DNA of 64,000 bases from an uncultured Methanosarcinales archaeon (GCA_964441565.1 CAYTWW010000002.1:88032-152031), one strand, 5' to 3'. Shown: positions 38,319 through 47,447, numbered from the stretch's first letter. The notes: generated by a model from the sequence alone, not told the origin. Program-made: numbers and translations.

Positions 38319-38458
38319 TGAGGGGATAGGGATTTGAACCCTAGTAGGCACTAAGCCAACAGATGACTTACATTGATCGTTCATCGCACTGCGATTTCGC
38401 AGCTCTCACCACTCAAATGCCTTGAGTCTGTCCCGTTTGGCCGCTCCGGCATCCCCTC
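38319..38458 (-). tRNA. tRNA-Leu (anticodon CAA) with a 56-nt intron at the canonical 37/38 position; CCA not encoded
   Basis: The minus-strand sequence has an acceptor stem GAGGGGA/TCCCCTC with discriminator A, then U8, a D-arm (CCGG..GG..), anticodon stem ACAGA/TCTGT and loop CUCAAG|A, a 15-nt variable arm (TGGCTTAGTGCCTAC), and a T-arm TAGGG-TTCAAAT-CCCTA. The intron, GCATTTGAGT..., pairs with the anticodon (ACTCAA/TTGAGT). The mature length is 84 nt. Confidence 0.7.
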
Positions 38459-38492
38459 GTGAGGTAGAAGAACTCCGGTTGATTTATAAAGA

Positions 38493-38864
38493 TTATGAGA
38501 GCCTGCCGATCTCCTGCTCTACATCCCTGAGCTGCTGCTCAAGCTTCTCTAACTCGGTCATCTCCTTTATCGTCCCCCTCACCTTCATCTTGGTCTTGGG
38601 AGCATCGACGACCTTTGCCCTGAGATGTGTCTTTGGCAGAGTCGACCTCAGCTTTGTGAATAACAGGTCAAGCTCTCTGACAACAGTCTTGAGCTGCTGA
38701 GTTCGCTTCATCTTCTCAGCCCTTGTCTGCTCAAGCTTGGCATACAGTTGGAGGATCTGGATCATCTCTCTCGAGCATTCAAGTGTGTTCCTCCTGACAT
38801 CCAGCGGATTCTGCACACCTACGAAGAATCCTTCCCTGCTATCTTCGGTCTTTGGCATCTTCAC
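38493..38864 (-). CDS. Coiled-coil hypothetical protein
   Basis: 123 aa, helical, ELEKLEQQLRDVEQEIGRLS C-terminus. Confidence 0.4.
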   Translation of the reverse strand: MKMPKTEDSREGFFVGVQNPLDVRRNTLECSREMIQILQLYAKLEQTRAEKMKRTQQLKTVVRELDLLFTKLRSTLPKTHLRAKVVDAPKTKMKVRGTIKEMTELEKLEQQLRDVEQEIGRLS

Positions 38865-39088
38865 AGTTTGGGTTCGAAGAGAGTCTGGTCGATGAAAGTC
38901 AGCTTCCTCTCGACATCCTCAAGTCCATTGCGCCACAGTTCAAGCTCAGAATCCTCCTGGTTCTTCAGATCATTGATCTTGCCCAGGATTGTCTTAGCTT
39001 CCTTGACCTTCTCCTGTATGAGCTCCATGATGTCGAGTATGTCCTTATACTCATCGATCTTGACGAATACGTTCATGCCTTGTTGCAT
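38861..39088 (-). CDS. Small helical protein, paralog of the C-terminal domain of the next gene
   Basis: 75 aa. It shares VFVKIDEYKDILD... and the C-terminal DVERKLTFIDQTLFE with 39093-39914 (LFVRTDLYRQALNNFIDIKDM ... EIQRKLIFIDKTLFEG). Confidence 0.45.
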   Translation of the reverse strand: MQQGMNVFVKIDEYKDILDIMELIQEKVKEAKTILGKINDLKNQEDSELELWRNGLEDVERKLTFIDQTLFEPKL

Positions 39089-39092
39089 ATGA

Positions 39093-39914
39093 TCACCCTT
39101 CGAATAGAGTCTTGTCTATGAAGATCAGCTTCCTCTGGATCTCCTCGATAGCTTTCTTGAACTCAGAGAATTCTACATCTGCGTTCTTCTTCAGGTTCTC
39201 GAGCCGGAATACTGTCTCTTCAGATTCTGTGAGCATGTCTTTTATGTCTATGAAGTTGTTGAGCGCCTGCCTGTAGAGGTCTGTCCTCACAAAGAGTGGC
39301 TTCTGGAGCTTCCTGTGCCTGTCATGCGAATACGGCTGCTCGATATCGCTGATCTTAGGGTGCCTGTAGAGATATTTCTCCTCAAGCTTCTCAAGCTCCA
39401 GCGGTGATATCTCGCTTCTCAGGTTTGGCGGAGGAGCAGGAACCTCGATCTCCGGTCTTGGCTGGCTCTTTGGTGTTCCCTGGACCCCCATCGTGAAAGC
39501 AGGCAGCTCATTCTTCTGCTCTGAGAAAGTTGGCAGCTGTTGCTTAGGAGGAGGTGTCAGAGGCTCCATAGTGAATCTTGGTTTAATATCGCTTTGGACA
39601 GGCCGCGCAGGAATTTCTGCTCCAGGAAGCTCAGGCCTTTGTGGAGGGGAAGGAGGGATCTTCGGGACGCTCATCGGTTGAGTCACTGCCTGCACTGGCT
39701 GCAAACCAGGTGTGGTCGGCACAGCCTGTTGCATAGGTGCCAAAGGCTGCATAGGCGGCATCGGTTGCATCGGCGGAACCGGAAGTGGCGGATCCATCGG
39801 CTTGAACTCAGGAAAATCTATAGGAGGGGGAGCTGGCAGACCTTCGGAAGGCTTAGGAGGTGAATCTGAGAAATCCAGAGTTTTTTTCTTTTGCTTGAAT
39901 TCAAACAGACCCAT
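39093..39914 (-). CDS. Proline-rich low-complexity protein with conserved C-terminal helical domain (paralog of 38861-39088)
   Basis: Start re-chosen at MGLFEFKQKKK. About 170 aa of P/Q/M-rich repeats (PMQPMPPMQPLAPMQ) precede a C-terminal domain shared with the upstream 75-aa protein. Confidence 0.5.
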   Translation of the reverse strand: MGLFEFKQKKKTLDFSDSPPKPSEGLPAPPPIDFPEFKPMDPPLPVPPMQPMPPMQPLAPMQQAVPTTPGLQPVQAVTQPMSVPKIPPSPPQRPELPGAEIPARPVQSDIKPRFTMEPLTPPPKQQLPTFSEQKNELPAFTMGVQGTPKSQPRPEIEVPAPPPNLRSEISPLELEKLEEKYLYRHPKISDIEQPYSHDRHRKLQKPLFVRTDLYRQALNNFIDIKDMLTESEETVFRLENLKKNADVEFSEFKKAIEEIQRKLIFIDKTLFEG

Positions 39915-40086
39915 ATTATTGAAGCATATATTCCAGGGCCATTTTAAACTTTTTGCGTAACTCTTCAGAAGTAAATAATCCACTTTTCCTCTCCAAGAAT
40001 AAGGCAACAAGGCAGGATGGATTTCAATACTTGCGGATGAATAAAAAATAATATATAATAAGGCCTAATAGAGCAAAAATTTATCC

Positions 40087-42150
40087 ATGAAATACGATAT
40101 ATTATCCATATTTTTGATTTTTATGGTAACATTTCCACCACATGATGCAGAAGGCCTGACCATAACAGAAGTGATGCCGACTGGCCAGGAGTGGATCGAG
40201 ATCTGGACTGAAGAAGCGATAGATATCTATGGCTCGATTGTCAGAGATGCCAGCTCAGAAGACGAAATCAGCTGCTGTGATCCAGGATGCGATATGAACA
40301 TCAGCCCAGGCACATACTTCGTCATCACAACAGAGGGCATGCCTGGACATAATGTATTCTGTGTCGATGATAAAAAGATTGGCAATGGCATCGGTAACGA
40401 TGGCGACACCATCTCTTTCAATGTCGGCAACTCCTCTTCAGAAGTTAGCTTCAGCACCTCCCGGGAGAACCTTTCATTCTCTTTCGATACTGGATCCCCT
40501 AAGTATTCCAGACCGACACCAGGACATGCAAATGATATGCTACCGGACATCTTGGCTGAGCTCCTGCTGCCAGATACTATGTATATTGATCAGGCATATG
40601 GCTCTTTCAGGCTGACGGACCTATATGCAGGTCTTGGGAAGGAATTCAATGTGAGCATCTCTGTCTTCAATGGATCAGAGGTCGTCACCTATGTTTTTGA
40701 AGGGACTGTCGACAAGAGATTTGCAGGCGGAGAGATTTCCATTAGTACCGCAGGTAATTTCACAGCATGTCTTGAGCACGATATGACCAGCATCTGCAAG
40801 CAGATCGAGGTGATCGATATCAGCCAGGTCCCTTGCGATATGTCGATCTCAATCTCCGTCGATAAGGATATCTTAAAGCTAGGAGATGGCCTCAAGTACT
40901 CTCTTGATCTCAATGGTACTTTTCCCGCTGAGATTGAATACTGGATCGAGGATCTGGCAGGAACCACTGTCAAGCCGCCGTATGACACAAAGCTAGCAGG
41001 GAAGAAGACGTATACGCCTGAAGATGCTGGCGCATATATCATCAAGGCGAAGCTTCATGCATCCTGCGATGATTCTGAGGAAGGAAACATCGCTGAGAAG
41101 CTTTTCGCAGTCAAACAGGAGAGGATCGATGATAATATCGAGATACTCGATCTCTTCTTGGGAGGAAAGAAAGAGATCGTCTGCGGCAGCATGTTCGAGG
41201 TGAAGATCCATGCTTCAAGAGCAGACCACCAGAGCGGCGAGATAAAGGTATGGGTCGAAAAGGACGGTGTCAGGCAGAGCTATGTCTCTTACGGGAATCT
41301 TTACAGGAAGAACCAGGAGTCGGATCTGAGGATCCCCATCCTTATTAGGGATAATTGCAGGCAAGGCGAAGCCATGCTTGTCGCGTCTGCCTTCGGCTCA
41401 GTCGACAAAGATACGATCGCATTGACAGCTCCTGGAAGCTCTTCATTGCGCTTGACATCTGAACAGGAGGAAGGATATGTCAAGGTCCTTGTCGAATGTG
41501 AGCATGAAGGCACTCTCGCATATTCTTTGTACAAAGGCACTAGGAAGGTCATGGAGAACGAGACTTCTCATGATGGCACAAGCACAATCGCCTTTGATCT
41601 TGATGAAGGCACCTACACATTCAAGGCTGAGATCGGCAGTGCCAGGGGAGAGTATAAGTTCTCAGTCTCAGAGCAGAAGCCATTGATCAAGAGCTTCTAC
41701 ACGCTATCGAAGAAGAAGAGCGGAACGATAAATCTCTTCTCACGGATCCAGGGAGAAGGCCAGGTGGAACTTGAGAGCAGGAAAGAGACTGTCGTCATGC
41801 CAGCTGCAGGAGAGATGTCTTTCCCTGTAGAGCTGGAGAGGGGCAGGAACATCTTTGTCCTTAAGCTAATGGAGAAGAATAAGACAGTCGATACAAAAGC
41901 CATTGTCATCATGGGAGAGCAGGAGGATGAGCACCTGATTGAACTGCAAGCGACTAGTGTAAGTAACGAAAATTCCTCATTGGTTTCCCAGGGCAGAAGA
42001 AATGTAGATCTTATGACCGGGAATGTGGCAGAGGAAGTCTATATCTCATCATCAGAGCGCTCCCGATCATACGCTGTGATTTTCGCATGCCTTGCTGTCG
42101 TCGGAGCTGTGATAGCATCCTTCCTCCTGAGGCCACCAAAAGCATTATAA
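40087..42150 (+). CDS. Cell-surface protein with N-terminal signal peptide and lamin-tail domain (LTD), C-terminal TM anchor
   Basis: 687 aa. Signal MKYDILSIFLIFMVTF. LTD-like LTITEVMPTGQEWIEIWTEEAIDIYGSIV...YFVITTEG. C-terminal TM YAVIFACLAVVGAVIASFLL. Confidence 0.7.
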   Translation: MKYDILSIFLIFMVTFPPHDAEGLTITEVMPTGQEWIEIWTEEAIDIYGSIVRDASSEDEISCCDPGCDMNISPGTYFVITTEGMPGHNVFCVDDKKIGNGIGNDGDTISFNVGNSSSEVSFSTSRENLSFSFDTGSPKYSRPTPGHANDMLPDILAELLLPDTMYIDQAYGSFRLTDLYAGLGKEFNVSISVFNGSEVVTYVFEGTVDKRFAGGEISISTAGNFTACLEHDMTSICKQIEVIDISQVPCDMSISISVDKDILKLGDGLKYSLDLNGTFPAEIEYWIEDLAGTTVKPPYDTKLAGKKTYTPEDAGAYIIKAKLHASCDDSEEGNIAEKLFAVKQERIDDNIEILDLFLGGKKEIVCGSMFEVKIHASRADHQSGEIKVWVEKDGVRQSYVSYGNLYRKNQESDLRIPILIRDNCRQGEAMLVASAFGSVDKDTIALTAPGSSSLRLTSEQEEGYVKVLVECEHEGTLAYSLYKGTRKVMENETSHDGTSTIAFDLDEGTYTFKAEIGSARGEYKFSVSEQKPLIKSFYTLSKKKSGTINLFSRIQGEGQVELESRKETVVMPAAGEMSFPVELERGRNIFVLKLMEKNKTVDTKAIVIMGEQEDEHLIELQATSVSNENSSLVSQGRRNVDLMTGNVAEEVYISSSERSRSYAVIFACLAVVGAVIASFLLRPPKAL

Positions 42151-42173
42151 AGCGCCGGGTTTTCAGGAGGCTT

Positions 42174-42767
42174 ATGAACGAGAGGGAGATAAAGTCGAGG
42201 GTCGCCGAAGGGTGGATCCATTTCAGGGCAATCATCGAAGTCGCAGGGATCCCAAAAGAGCATGTCAAGGAGACCCTTGCCGGACATATGAAGAAGATCG
42301 AGGAGAACAAGTCGCTCGCCCTCATCTCGAAGAAGATCAATCCTCCAAAGAAGGAAGAAGAATACTTTGTGGCATTCGCCGAGGCAGAGGCCTTGGTCAA
42401 GAACACAAAGGAACTGATCAGCTTCTGCTTCTACTTCATGCCATCGCATATCGAGATACTCGATCCAGAGCAGATGATGTATGACATGCAGGACATGGCA
42501 GACTTCCTAAACGACCTTCAGGCAAGGCTCCACGCAGTGAATATCGGCATACAGGATTATCAGCAGAAGAATGCAAACCTGGTCAAGAACACGACCACGA
42601 TAATCAGCAACTTCATTATGTGGACCTTGCATGAGCCTAGGACACTGGCTGAGATGTCCAAGATAACCGGCATCAAGGGGGAGGAGCTGGAGAAGCTTCT
42701 CGCTGCACTGGAGAAGGAGAAGAAGGTTCACAAGAAAGGGGAAAAGTATTCGCTGAAAAATGGCTGA
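42174..42767 (+). CDS. Hypothetical protein upstream of scpB (possible divergent partner; not a recognisable ScpA)
   Basis: Start at MNEREIKSR. C-terminal winged-helix-like LAEMSKITGIKGEELEKLLAALEKEKKV. The N-terminus does not match the ScpA/kleisin consensus. 8-nt overlap with scpB. Confidence 0.35.
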   Translation: MNEREIKSRVAEGWIHFRAIIEVAGIPKEHVKETLAGHMKKIEENKSLALISKKINPPKKEEEYFVAFAEAEALVKNTKELISFCFYFMPSHIEILDPEQMMYDMQDMADFLNDLQARLHAVNIGIQDYQQKNANLVKNTTTIISNFIMWTLHEPRTLAEMSKITGIKGEELEKLLAALEKEKKVHKKGEKYSLKNG

Positions 42768-43473
42768 TTACAAGAACCAGATCGAGGCGCTGCTATTTTC
42801 GTCAGGCCGGTTCATGGAAGCTGAGACGCTCGTAAACCTTATCGGAGCTTCAGGCAAAGGTGTCATCGTCAGCAACATAAATAAGCTCAAGGAAGAATAC
42901 GAGGCTCGGGATTCTCCACTTATGATAGTCGAGGAGAACGATTCCTGGAAGATAAATGTCAGGGAAAGGTATCTCCCGCTTGTGAGGCGCATAGTCGCAG
43001 AGCTTGAGCTGCCAAAGACAGTCCTTGAGACACTTGCGGTCATCGCATGGAAGGCGCCTGTCCTCCAGAGCGATGTCATCGACATTCGGCATAACAAAGC
43101 ATATGAGCACATCGACCAGCTTGAGCAGCTCGGATTCGTCATCAAGGAGAAGATGGGGAGGAGCTATCAGCTCAAGCTCTCAAGCAAGTTCTTCGACTAC
43201 TTCGAAGTGGATGGGAACAAGGGCATCAGGGAGATCTTCAAGGACATGAAGAAACCGCAAGAAGAGCAGCCGCCAGCAGGAGAGATTTCTGTACCCATAG
43301 CGCCCATCTCATCAGTTGCACCAGTTCAACAGGAATCTGCATTGGAGACAGTCCAAAAAGAACCTGTCCCCCCTGCCGAGGAGAAAGTTGCTGAGCCTGC
43401 CGACAGTGTCGAGCCGAAGGATCCGCTTGATGAAAAGCAGGAGGAGAATTTCCAGCCTGGCCTTGACGACTGA
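42760..43473 (+). CDS. scpB: Segregation and condensation protein B (ScpB) with acidic/Pro-rich C-terminal tail
   Basis: IEALLFSSGRFMEAETLVNLIG and LPKTVLETLAVIAWKAPVLQSDVIDIRH match the two ScpB winged-helix signatures. Confidence 0.75.
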   Translation: MADYKNQIEALLFSSGRFMEAETLVNLIGASGKGVIVSNINKLKEEYEARDSPLMIVEENDSWKINVRERYLPLVRRIVAELELPKTVLETLAVIAWKAPVLQSDVIDIRHNKAYEHIDQLEQLGFVIKEKMGRSYQLKLSSKFFDYFEVDGNKGIREIFKDMKKPQEEQPPAGEISVPIAPISSVAPVQQESALETVQKEPVPPAEEKVAEPADSVEPKDPLDEKQEENFQPGLDD

Positions 43474-43511
43474 GTTGTCAAAAAAGCACTCTGAATATCA
43501 GTCGACATTCT

Positions 43512-43880
43512 GGTCGCTTCCAATCACCAAGGCACTGAGGACTTCGTCCTGGTGCCGCTCGAATTCTCTCGTGGTGATCAGGACTAGCATCACTCGAGGT
43601 GTCTCGTGATTTCCGATATCACGCAATGGAAGCGGTGATCGGAATTAACAAACGTCTTTAGTTTTTCCAGGTCTCTTTTTTTGAGAACTTGTAGATGTTT
43701 CAAAAAAAAGAGATTTTCAGTTACGAAAAAACTTCAAAAATTCTTTTTACTCCCCTCACTGCACATGACCGTAGAAGGGAGCCTCTGGCGCTTCTGTTAT
43801 TGGCTCAATAGGATCACAAGGCACTTAGGACTTACGTCACTATAACCTCTGGTCCCAGGCAAGAGCCTCCGGCACTTCTC
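43512..43880 (+). repeat. Copy 4 of the multi-block intergenic repeat family (with an appended partial second unit)
   Basis: Blocks: aatcaccaagg; hairpin ggcactgaggacttcgtcctggtgcc; tttccgat..N..gtgatcggaatt; agtttttccaggtctctttttttg; aagagattttcag; ctcccctcactgcacatgacc; gggagcctctggcgcttc (43777-43794). A partial second unit follows: atcacaaggcacttaggacttacgtcac ... agagcctccggcacttctc (43862-43880). Confidence 0.75.
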
Positions 43881-43972
43881 TGTGAATGCGTTTCGAATTG
43901 CACAAATCACCTCTGAGTAAGACTCGCCTATTCACAAAACTTATAAACCCTTTCTCTTATAGTAGTCTTCTG

Positions 43973-44830
43973 ATGGACAGTTTTCATGAGTACATGAAGC
44001 AACAGCTCAAGCGTTACATCAAAGAAGAGCAGAAGAAAGGAGTTCCTATAGAGCATATCGTCCAGATCCTCCTGAATGCAGGCCATGAGAACAATGTCCT
44101 CGATGAAGTCGTGCGTGAGATGCAGGCCGAGCAGGCAGGTGCTGTCGCTGAGCAGCCTGCAGATGCTGCTGAGAAAGATATAGTCGCCAATCTCAAGGCT
44201 TCTATCCTGGGATTCATGGGCCAGGCTACTGCGAAGGAGGCAAAGGAAGCCAAAGCAGAGATTAAGAAGGGGGGATCAGAGGCGATTGTCGAAGAGGCTA
44301 TACAGGAGTATGAAGTCGAGCAGGAGACCTATATTGCCGAAGGCACCACATTCTTTCTCTATATTGCTGCCCTTGTCGTCCTCACGCTTTTCACTGCAGG
44401 CCAAACAGGCGATGATTTCGTCTATGTCGCGATGGGGCTTGCTCCTGCGTTCCTGAACACATTCATATCATTCGCGTTGATCAGGTTCGCTGATTATGTA
44501 CCTGTCTTCATGCTTCTCCCCGCTGTTGTCGGCGGTGCGTTCTATGCATTGGGAGCTACAGGCAGGATACCAATCATGGCAAGGATGGAGGTTGAAGCGC
44601 TTGCAATAATCAATGTCGTCCTTGCGCTTTTCTTCAATCTCGCGCTCATCGTGGTCCATTCGATCAAACCGAAGCCGATCACTCAGTTCGAGCACAAGGA
44701 ACCAGTCGCTGCTGTGCCGCATCACCATCCCAGTCATATCCCTGCCCAACCTGTTATGCAAGAACCGCCGCATATCAGGAGGTTTGAATCGCATATCGAT
44801 GACCTCAGGAAGGAATTCAATCTAAGATGA
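43973..44830 (+). CDS. Membrane protein, hypothetical
   Basis: Start re-chosen at MDSFHEYMKQQLKRY. Acidic/Ala-rich central region, then 3-4 TM helices and a His/Pro-rich tail. Confidence 0.5.
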   Translation: MDSFHEYMKQQLKRYIKEEQKKGVPIEHIVQILLNAGHENNVLDEVVREMQAEQAGAVAEQPADAAEKDIVANLKASILGFMGQATAKEAKEAKAEIKKGGSEAIVEEAIQEYEVEQETYIAEGTTFFLYIAALVVLTLFTAGQTGDDFVYVAMGLAPAFLNTFISFALIRFADYVPVFMLLPAVVGGAFYALGATGRIPIMARMEVEALAIINVVLALFFNLALIVVHSIKPKPITQFEHKEPVAAVPHHHPSHIPAQPVMQEPPHIRRFESHIDDLRKEFNLR

Positions 44831-44958
44831 TGACTCTTCAATGCCCAAGGTGTGGCAACAAGATGAAGTATCAGCCTGCGGGCCCGAGCATCATAGGAAA
44901 ATCGAAGAGATGCGTATACTGCGGAAGGAGCTTCAAGGTCATTGCGAACAGAGCATAG
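44827..44958 (+). CDS. Small zinc-ribbon protein (43 aa), missing from the ORF track
   Basis: ATGA start/stop overlap with the upstream gene. MMTLQCPRCGNKMKYQPAGPSIIGKSKRCVYCGRSFKVIANRA carries C-x2-C ... C-x2-C. Confidence 0.5.
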   Translation: MMTLQCPRCGNKMKYQPAGPSIIGKSKRCVYCGRSFKVIANRA

Positions 44959-44989
44959 TTTTATTTCTGGGTAGGTTTTCCCCTGACAG

Positions 44990-45439
44990 ATGAAGTATGC
45001 CCACAATATCGAGCTGCGTGTCTTCTGCAAGGGAGGAGACGATGAGCTGCAGCTGACAAACGTAATGCATGAGCTCGTGGACCTCGACTTCGAGAAGGAG
45101 AAGATAGAGCTGAAGAAGCAGAAGGCAGAGCTATTCGATGAGCGAAGCCTGACGATAATGATAGTCTTCCTGGATAAGCAGAGGCACACGACCAAGTTCC
45201 TTGACGACCTCTTCAAGCGGCTTTCCTCTGAGCAGAAAGATATCATCAAGAGGCAGCTCGAATCGAGGCTTGACGAGAAGCTGCATTTCTTCATCAGGCT
45301 GGACAAGCCAAAGCTCCTCGAAGGAGACTACTGGCTGACAGACTCCGGGGATTGCTTCCATATGAACATCGCGATCGCCGCATACCCGCACACAAGGTTC
45401 GCAGCCCGTGATATCATAATGAAGATGCTTGATGCCTGA
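44990..45439 (+). CDS. Conserved archaeal small protein (COG1325/DUF54-like, tentative)
   Basis: 149 aa. The N-terminal HNIELRVFCKGGDDE block resembles the 'predicted exosome subunit' family from memory; low certainty. Confidence 0.4.
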   Translation: MKYAHNIELRVFCKGGDDELQLTNVMHELVDLDFEKEKIELKKQKAELFDERSLTIMIVFLDKQRHTTKFLDDLFKRLSSEQKDIIKRQLESRLDEKLHFFIRLDKPKLLEGDYWLTDSGDCFHMNIAIAAYPHTRFAARDIIMKMLDA

Positions 45440-45479
45440 CCAGAAATATTTATATAGTCTCCAGAGCTAGGTCAGATGC

Positions 45480-45746
45480 ATGGGAATAGATTCTGATCTT
45501 GAACAGACCTACAGGAAGCTTGAGGTCGAGCTATCCAGGATGAGGCTCAACCTCACCAAGAAGACGGACAGGAAGCAGCTGCTAAAAGACATGAAGCTCT
45601 TGGTCGCAGACATGAAGCAGCTCAACAAGGATATCGAGCATCCGCCTGCCAAGCCTGTGGCAAGGCCAGTGAAGAAGCCGAAGTCGACAGTCAGGAAGGT
45701 AGGCTACAAGAGGCTACTAGAATCTATCGATAGGAGCGTGAGATGA
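45480..45746 (+). CDS. Hypothetical small basic protein
   Basis: 88 aa, helical, K/R-rich C-terminus; 1-nt spacing to the next gene. Confidence 0.35.
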   Translation: MGIDSDLEQTYRKLEVELSRMRLNLTKKTDRKQLLKDMKLLVADMKQLNKDIEHPPAKPVARPVKKPKSTVRKVGYKRLLESIDRSVR

Positions 45747-46262
45747 ATGGCTGAGAAATTCGAGAAGATAATAACACTCATCAACGTCGAGCTTGATGAG
45801 GAGCATAAGCACGCAATGAGGAAGATCAGGAACCTCGAGGTCAAGAAGGAGCAGCAGAAGATCCAGGGCCAGCAGCGCCTTCTAGCTCTCAAGGAGAGAA
45901 ACAGGAAGCTGGAGGAAGCGCTCCCCAAGCTCAATGCAGAGATCCTTGAGCTCCAGAAGCAGAATACATCCCTGCTGTCTCACTACAAGGCCAACGAGAA
46001 GAAACAGGCTGTACTCAAGAAAGACATCGAGGAGAAGCAGAAGCTCCTCAGGCAGCTCCTCGCGTCCCATGAGAAGCTCGTCGATGAGATGAAAGAGCGA
46101 AACAGGAGGGAAGGCCAGCTCATGCAGAGGACAGAGAAGATCATCTTCTTCAAGAAGCAGCTGACAAACCTCATGAAGAAGACAAAGGCCGAGATCTCCC
46201 GTCTTGAATTCGAGCTTGACGCCCTTGCGAAGGAAGAGAAGAAGGTAGATGGGAAGGCTTGA
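45747..46262 (+). CDS. Coiled-coil hypothetical protein
   Basis: 171 aa, continuous heptad-like K/E/L-rich sequence. Confidence 0.4.
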   Translation: MAEKFEKIITLINVELDEEHKHAMRKIRNLEVKKEQQKIQGQQRLLALKERNRKLEEALPKLNAEILELQKQNTSLLSHYKANEKKQAVLKKDIEEKQKLLRQLLASHEKLVDEMKERNRREGQLMQRTEKIIFFKKQLTNLMKKTKAEISRLEFELDALAKEEKKVDGKA

Positions 46263-47196
46263 GAGGATACTTTCCCGCTTCTCTCCGTTCGATAAGAGCC
46301 CGGAATACAAGGCTGCCCTGATATCTGGATATGCAAGAGCTGATGACCGCATCCTATCACTCTATGAAGCAGTCCTTGATGCGCTCCTGGATTTCCTTGA
46401 CCAACCGGAGCTGGGTCTTTCAGTCGAGAACCTCGGCATCTTATGCTTCCTTGATATCGAGCGTACACTTTTCCTCCAGACAGCCTTAGGAAGATCTATA
46501 GTCCTTCCATCACGAACATGCATCCACCTTGGTGCAGGCACAGGCATCCTCGGCCTTACTGCGCTCGCATTCGGCATAGACAAGGTGATCCTTGTCGAGA
46601 ATGACAAGCAATGCGTCAGCTTCATCTCATTCTTCCTGGAAAAGACCGGCTATAAGAAGAGGGGGAAGACGTACAAGAAAGATGGAAAGACCGTCATTCT
46701 TATGGCCGAAGATGCACGTACCATAGATGTCCCTGATGTTGATCTTGTTATCTGTGAGCTCCTTGAGACGCATCTGATCTCAGAGGACCAGGTCTCAGCT
46801 CTTAAAAACATCAGTAAGCACGCTAAGGATGCAGTCTTCTTCCCATCAAAAGATGAGCTTTACCTCTCCCTGGCATCGAAGGATGAGAAGGATGTGACAA
46901 CTAGCCTTAAGATAGGTGAAGTCGATTTCTCAAGGATAGCTGATGAAGGCATATCATTCTCAGGAGAACTCATCGCCAGTAGGTCAGCGAAAGCGCATTA
47001 CCTCAAGCTCTGGGATGTCCTCACATTCCCTGACGGGACTGTCTGCGACAGGGAATTCTTCATGATGCTCCAGAGGAAGCTGATCCACCTGAAAGGATGG
47101 GAGCCGCAGCTAAGGAAGGGAGACAGATACAGGGCTTATGCCAGGTTCAGGTTCGGCCAGGATGATTATTCAGGTTACGGGATCGAGAGCATATGA
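46249..47196 (+). CDS. SAM-dependent methyltransferase (PRMT-like small-domain class I MTase)
   Basis: 315 aa, motif I HLGAGTGILGLTALAFGIDKVILVEND with an acidic motif downstream. Confidence 0.6.
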   Translation: MGRLERILSRFSPFDKSPEYKAALISGYARADDRILSLYEAVLDALLDFLDQPELGLSVENLGILCFLDIERTLFLQTALGRSIVLPSRTCIHLGAGTGILGLTALAFGIDKVILVENDKQCVSFISFFLEKTGYKKRGKTYKKDGKTVILMAEDARTIDVPDVDLVICELLETHLISEDQVSALKNISKHAKDAVFFPSKDELYLSLASKDEKDVTTSLKIGEVDFSRIADEGISFSGELIASRSAKAHYLKLWDVLTFPDGTVCDREFFMMLQRKLIHLKGWEPQLRKGDRYRAYARFRFGQDDYSGYGIESI

Positions 47197-47447
47197 CACG
47201 GGAGCAGGAGATAGAGAAGATCAAGCAGCGCAACAGGCGTGTCGAGCTTGAGAAAGCCTGGGAGACCAGCTTGACCAGGAAGGTCTCCATATCGATACTG
47301 ACTTATGTATTCTTTGTCGTGTTCTTCCACGTATTCGGATTTTCCTACCCTTTGAGGGACGCAGCTGTCCCGACACTCGCTTTCCTCCTGTCCACTGCCT
47401 CGCTTTCTGCAGTGAAGAGGATCTGGCTCTCCAGACGCAAAGATTGA
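47193..47447 (+). CDS. Small membrane protein (2TM-like), hypothetical
   Basis: 84 aa with two hydrophobic helices after a basic N-terminus; ATGA overlap with the upstream gene. Confidence 0.4.
   Translation: MTREQEIEKIKQRNRRVELEKAWETSLTRKVSISILTYVFFVVFFHVFGFSYPLRDAAVPTLAFLLSTASLSAVKRIWLSRRKD

Noticed and set aside
38311-38340. Split or half-tRNA (Nanoarchaeota-style), considered when only the T-arm/acceptor 3' half was evident
   Set aside because: The matching 5' acceptor strand GAGGGGA, D-arm and anticodon stem are present 140 nt upstream on the same strand. A single 56-nt intron at 37/38 explains the length, so this is an ordinary intron-containing tRNA-Leu.
42174-42767. Calling the gene upstream of scpB as ScpA (kleisin)
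   Set aside because: The N-terminus lacks the ScpA consensus. Only a C-terminal winged-helix-like segment is suggestive, so it is kept as hypothetical.
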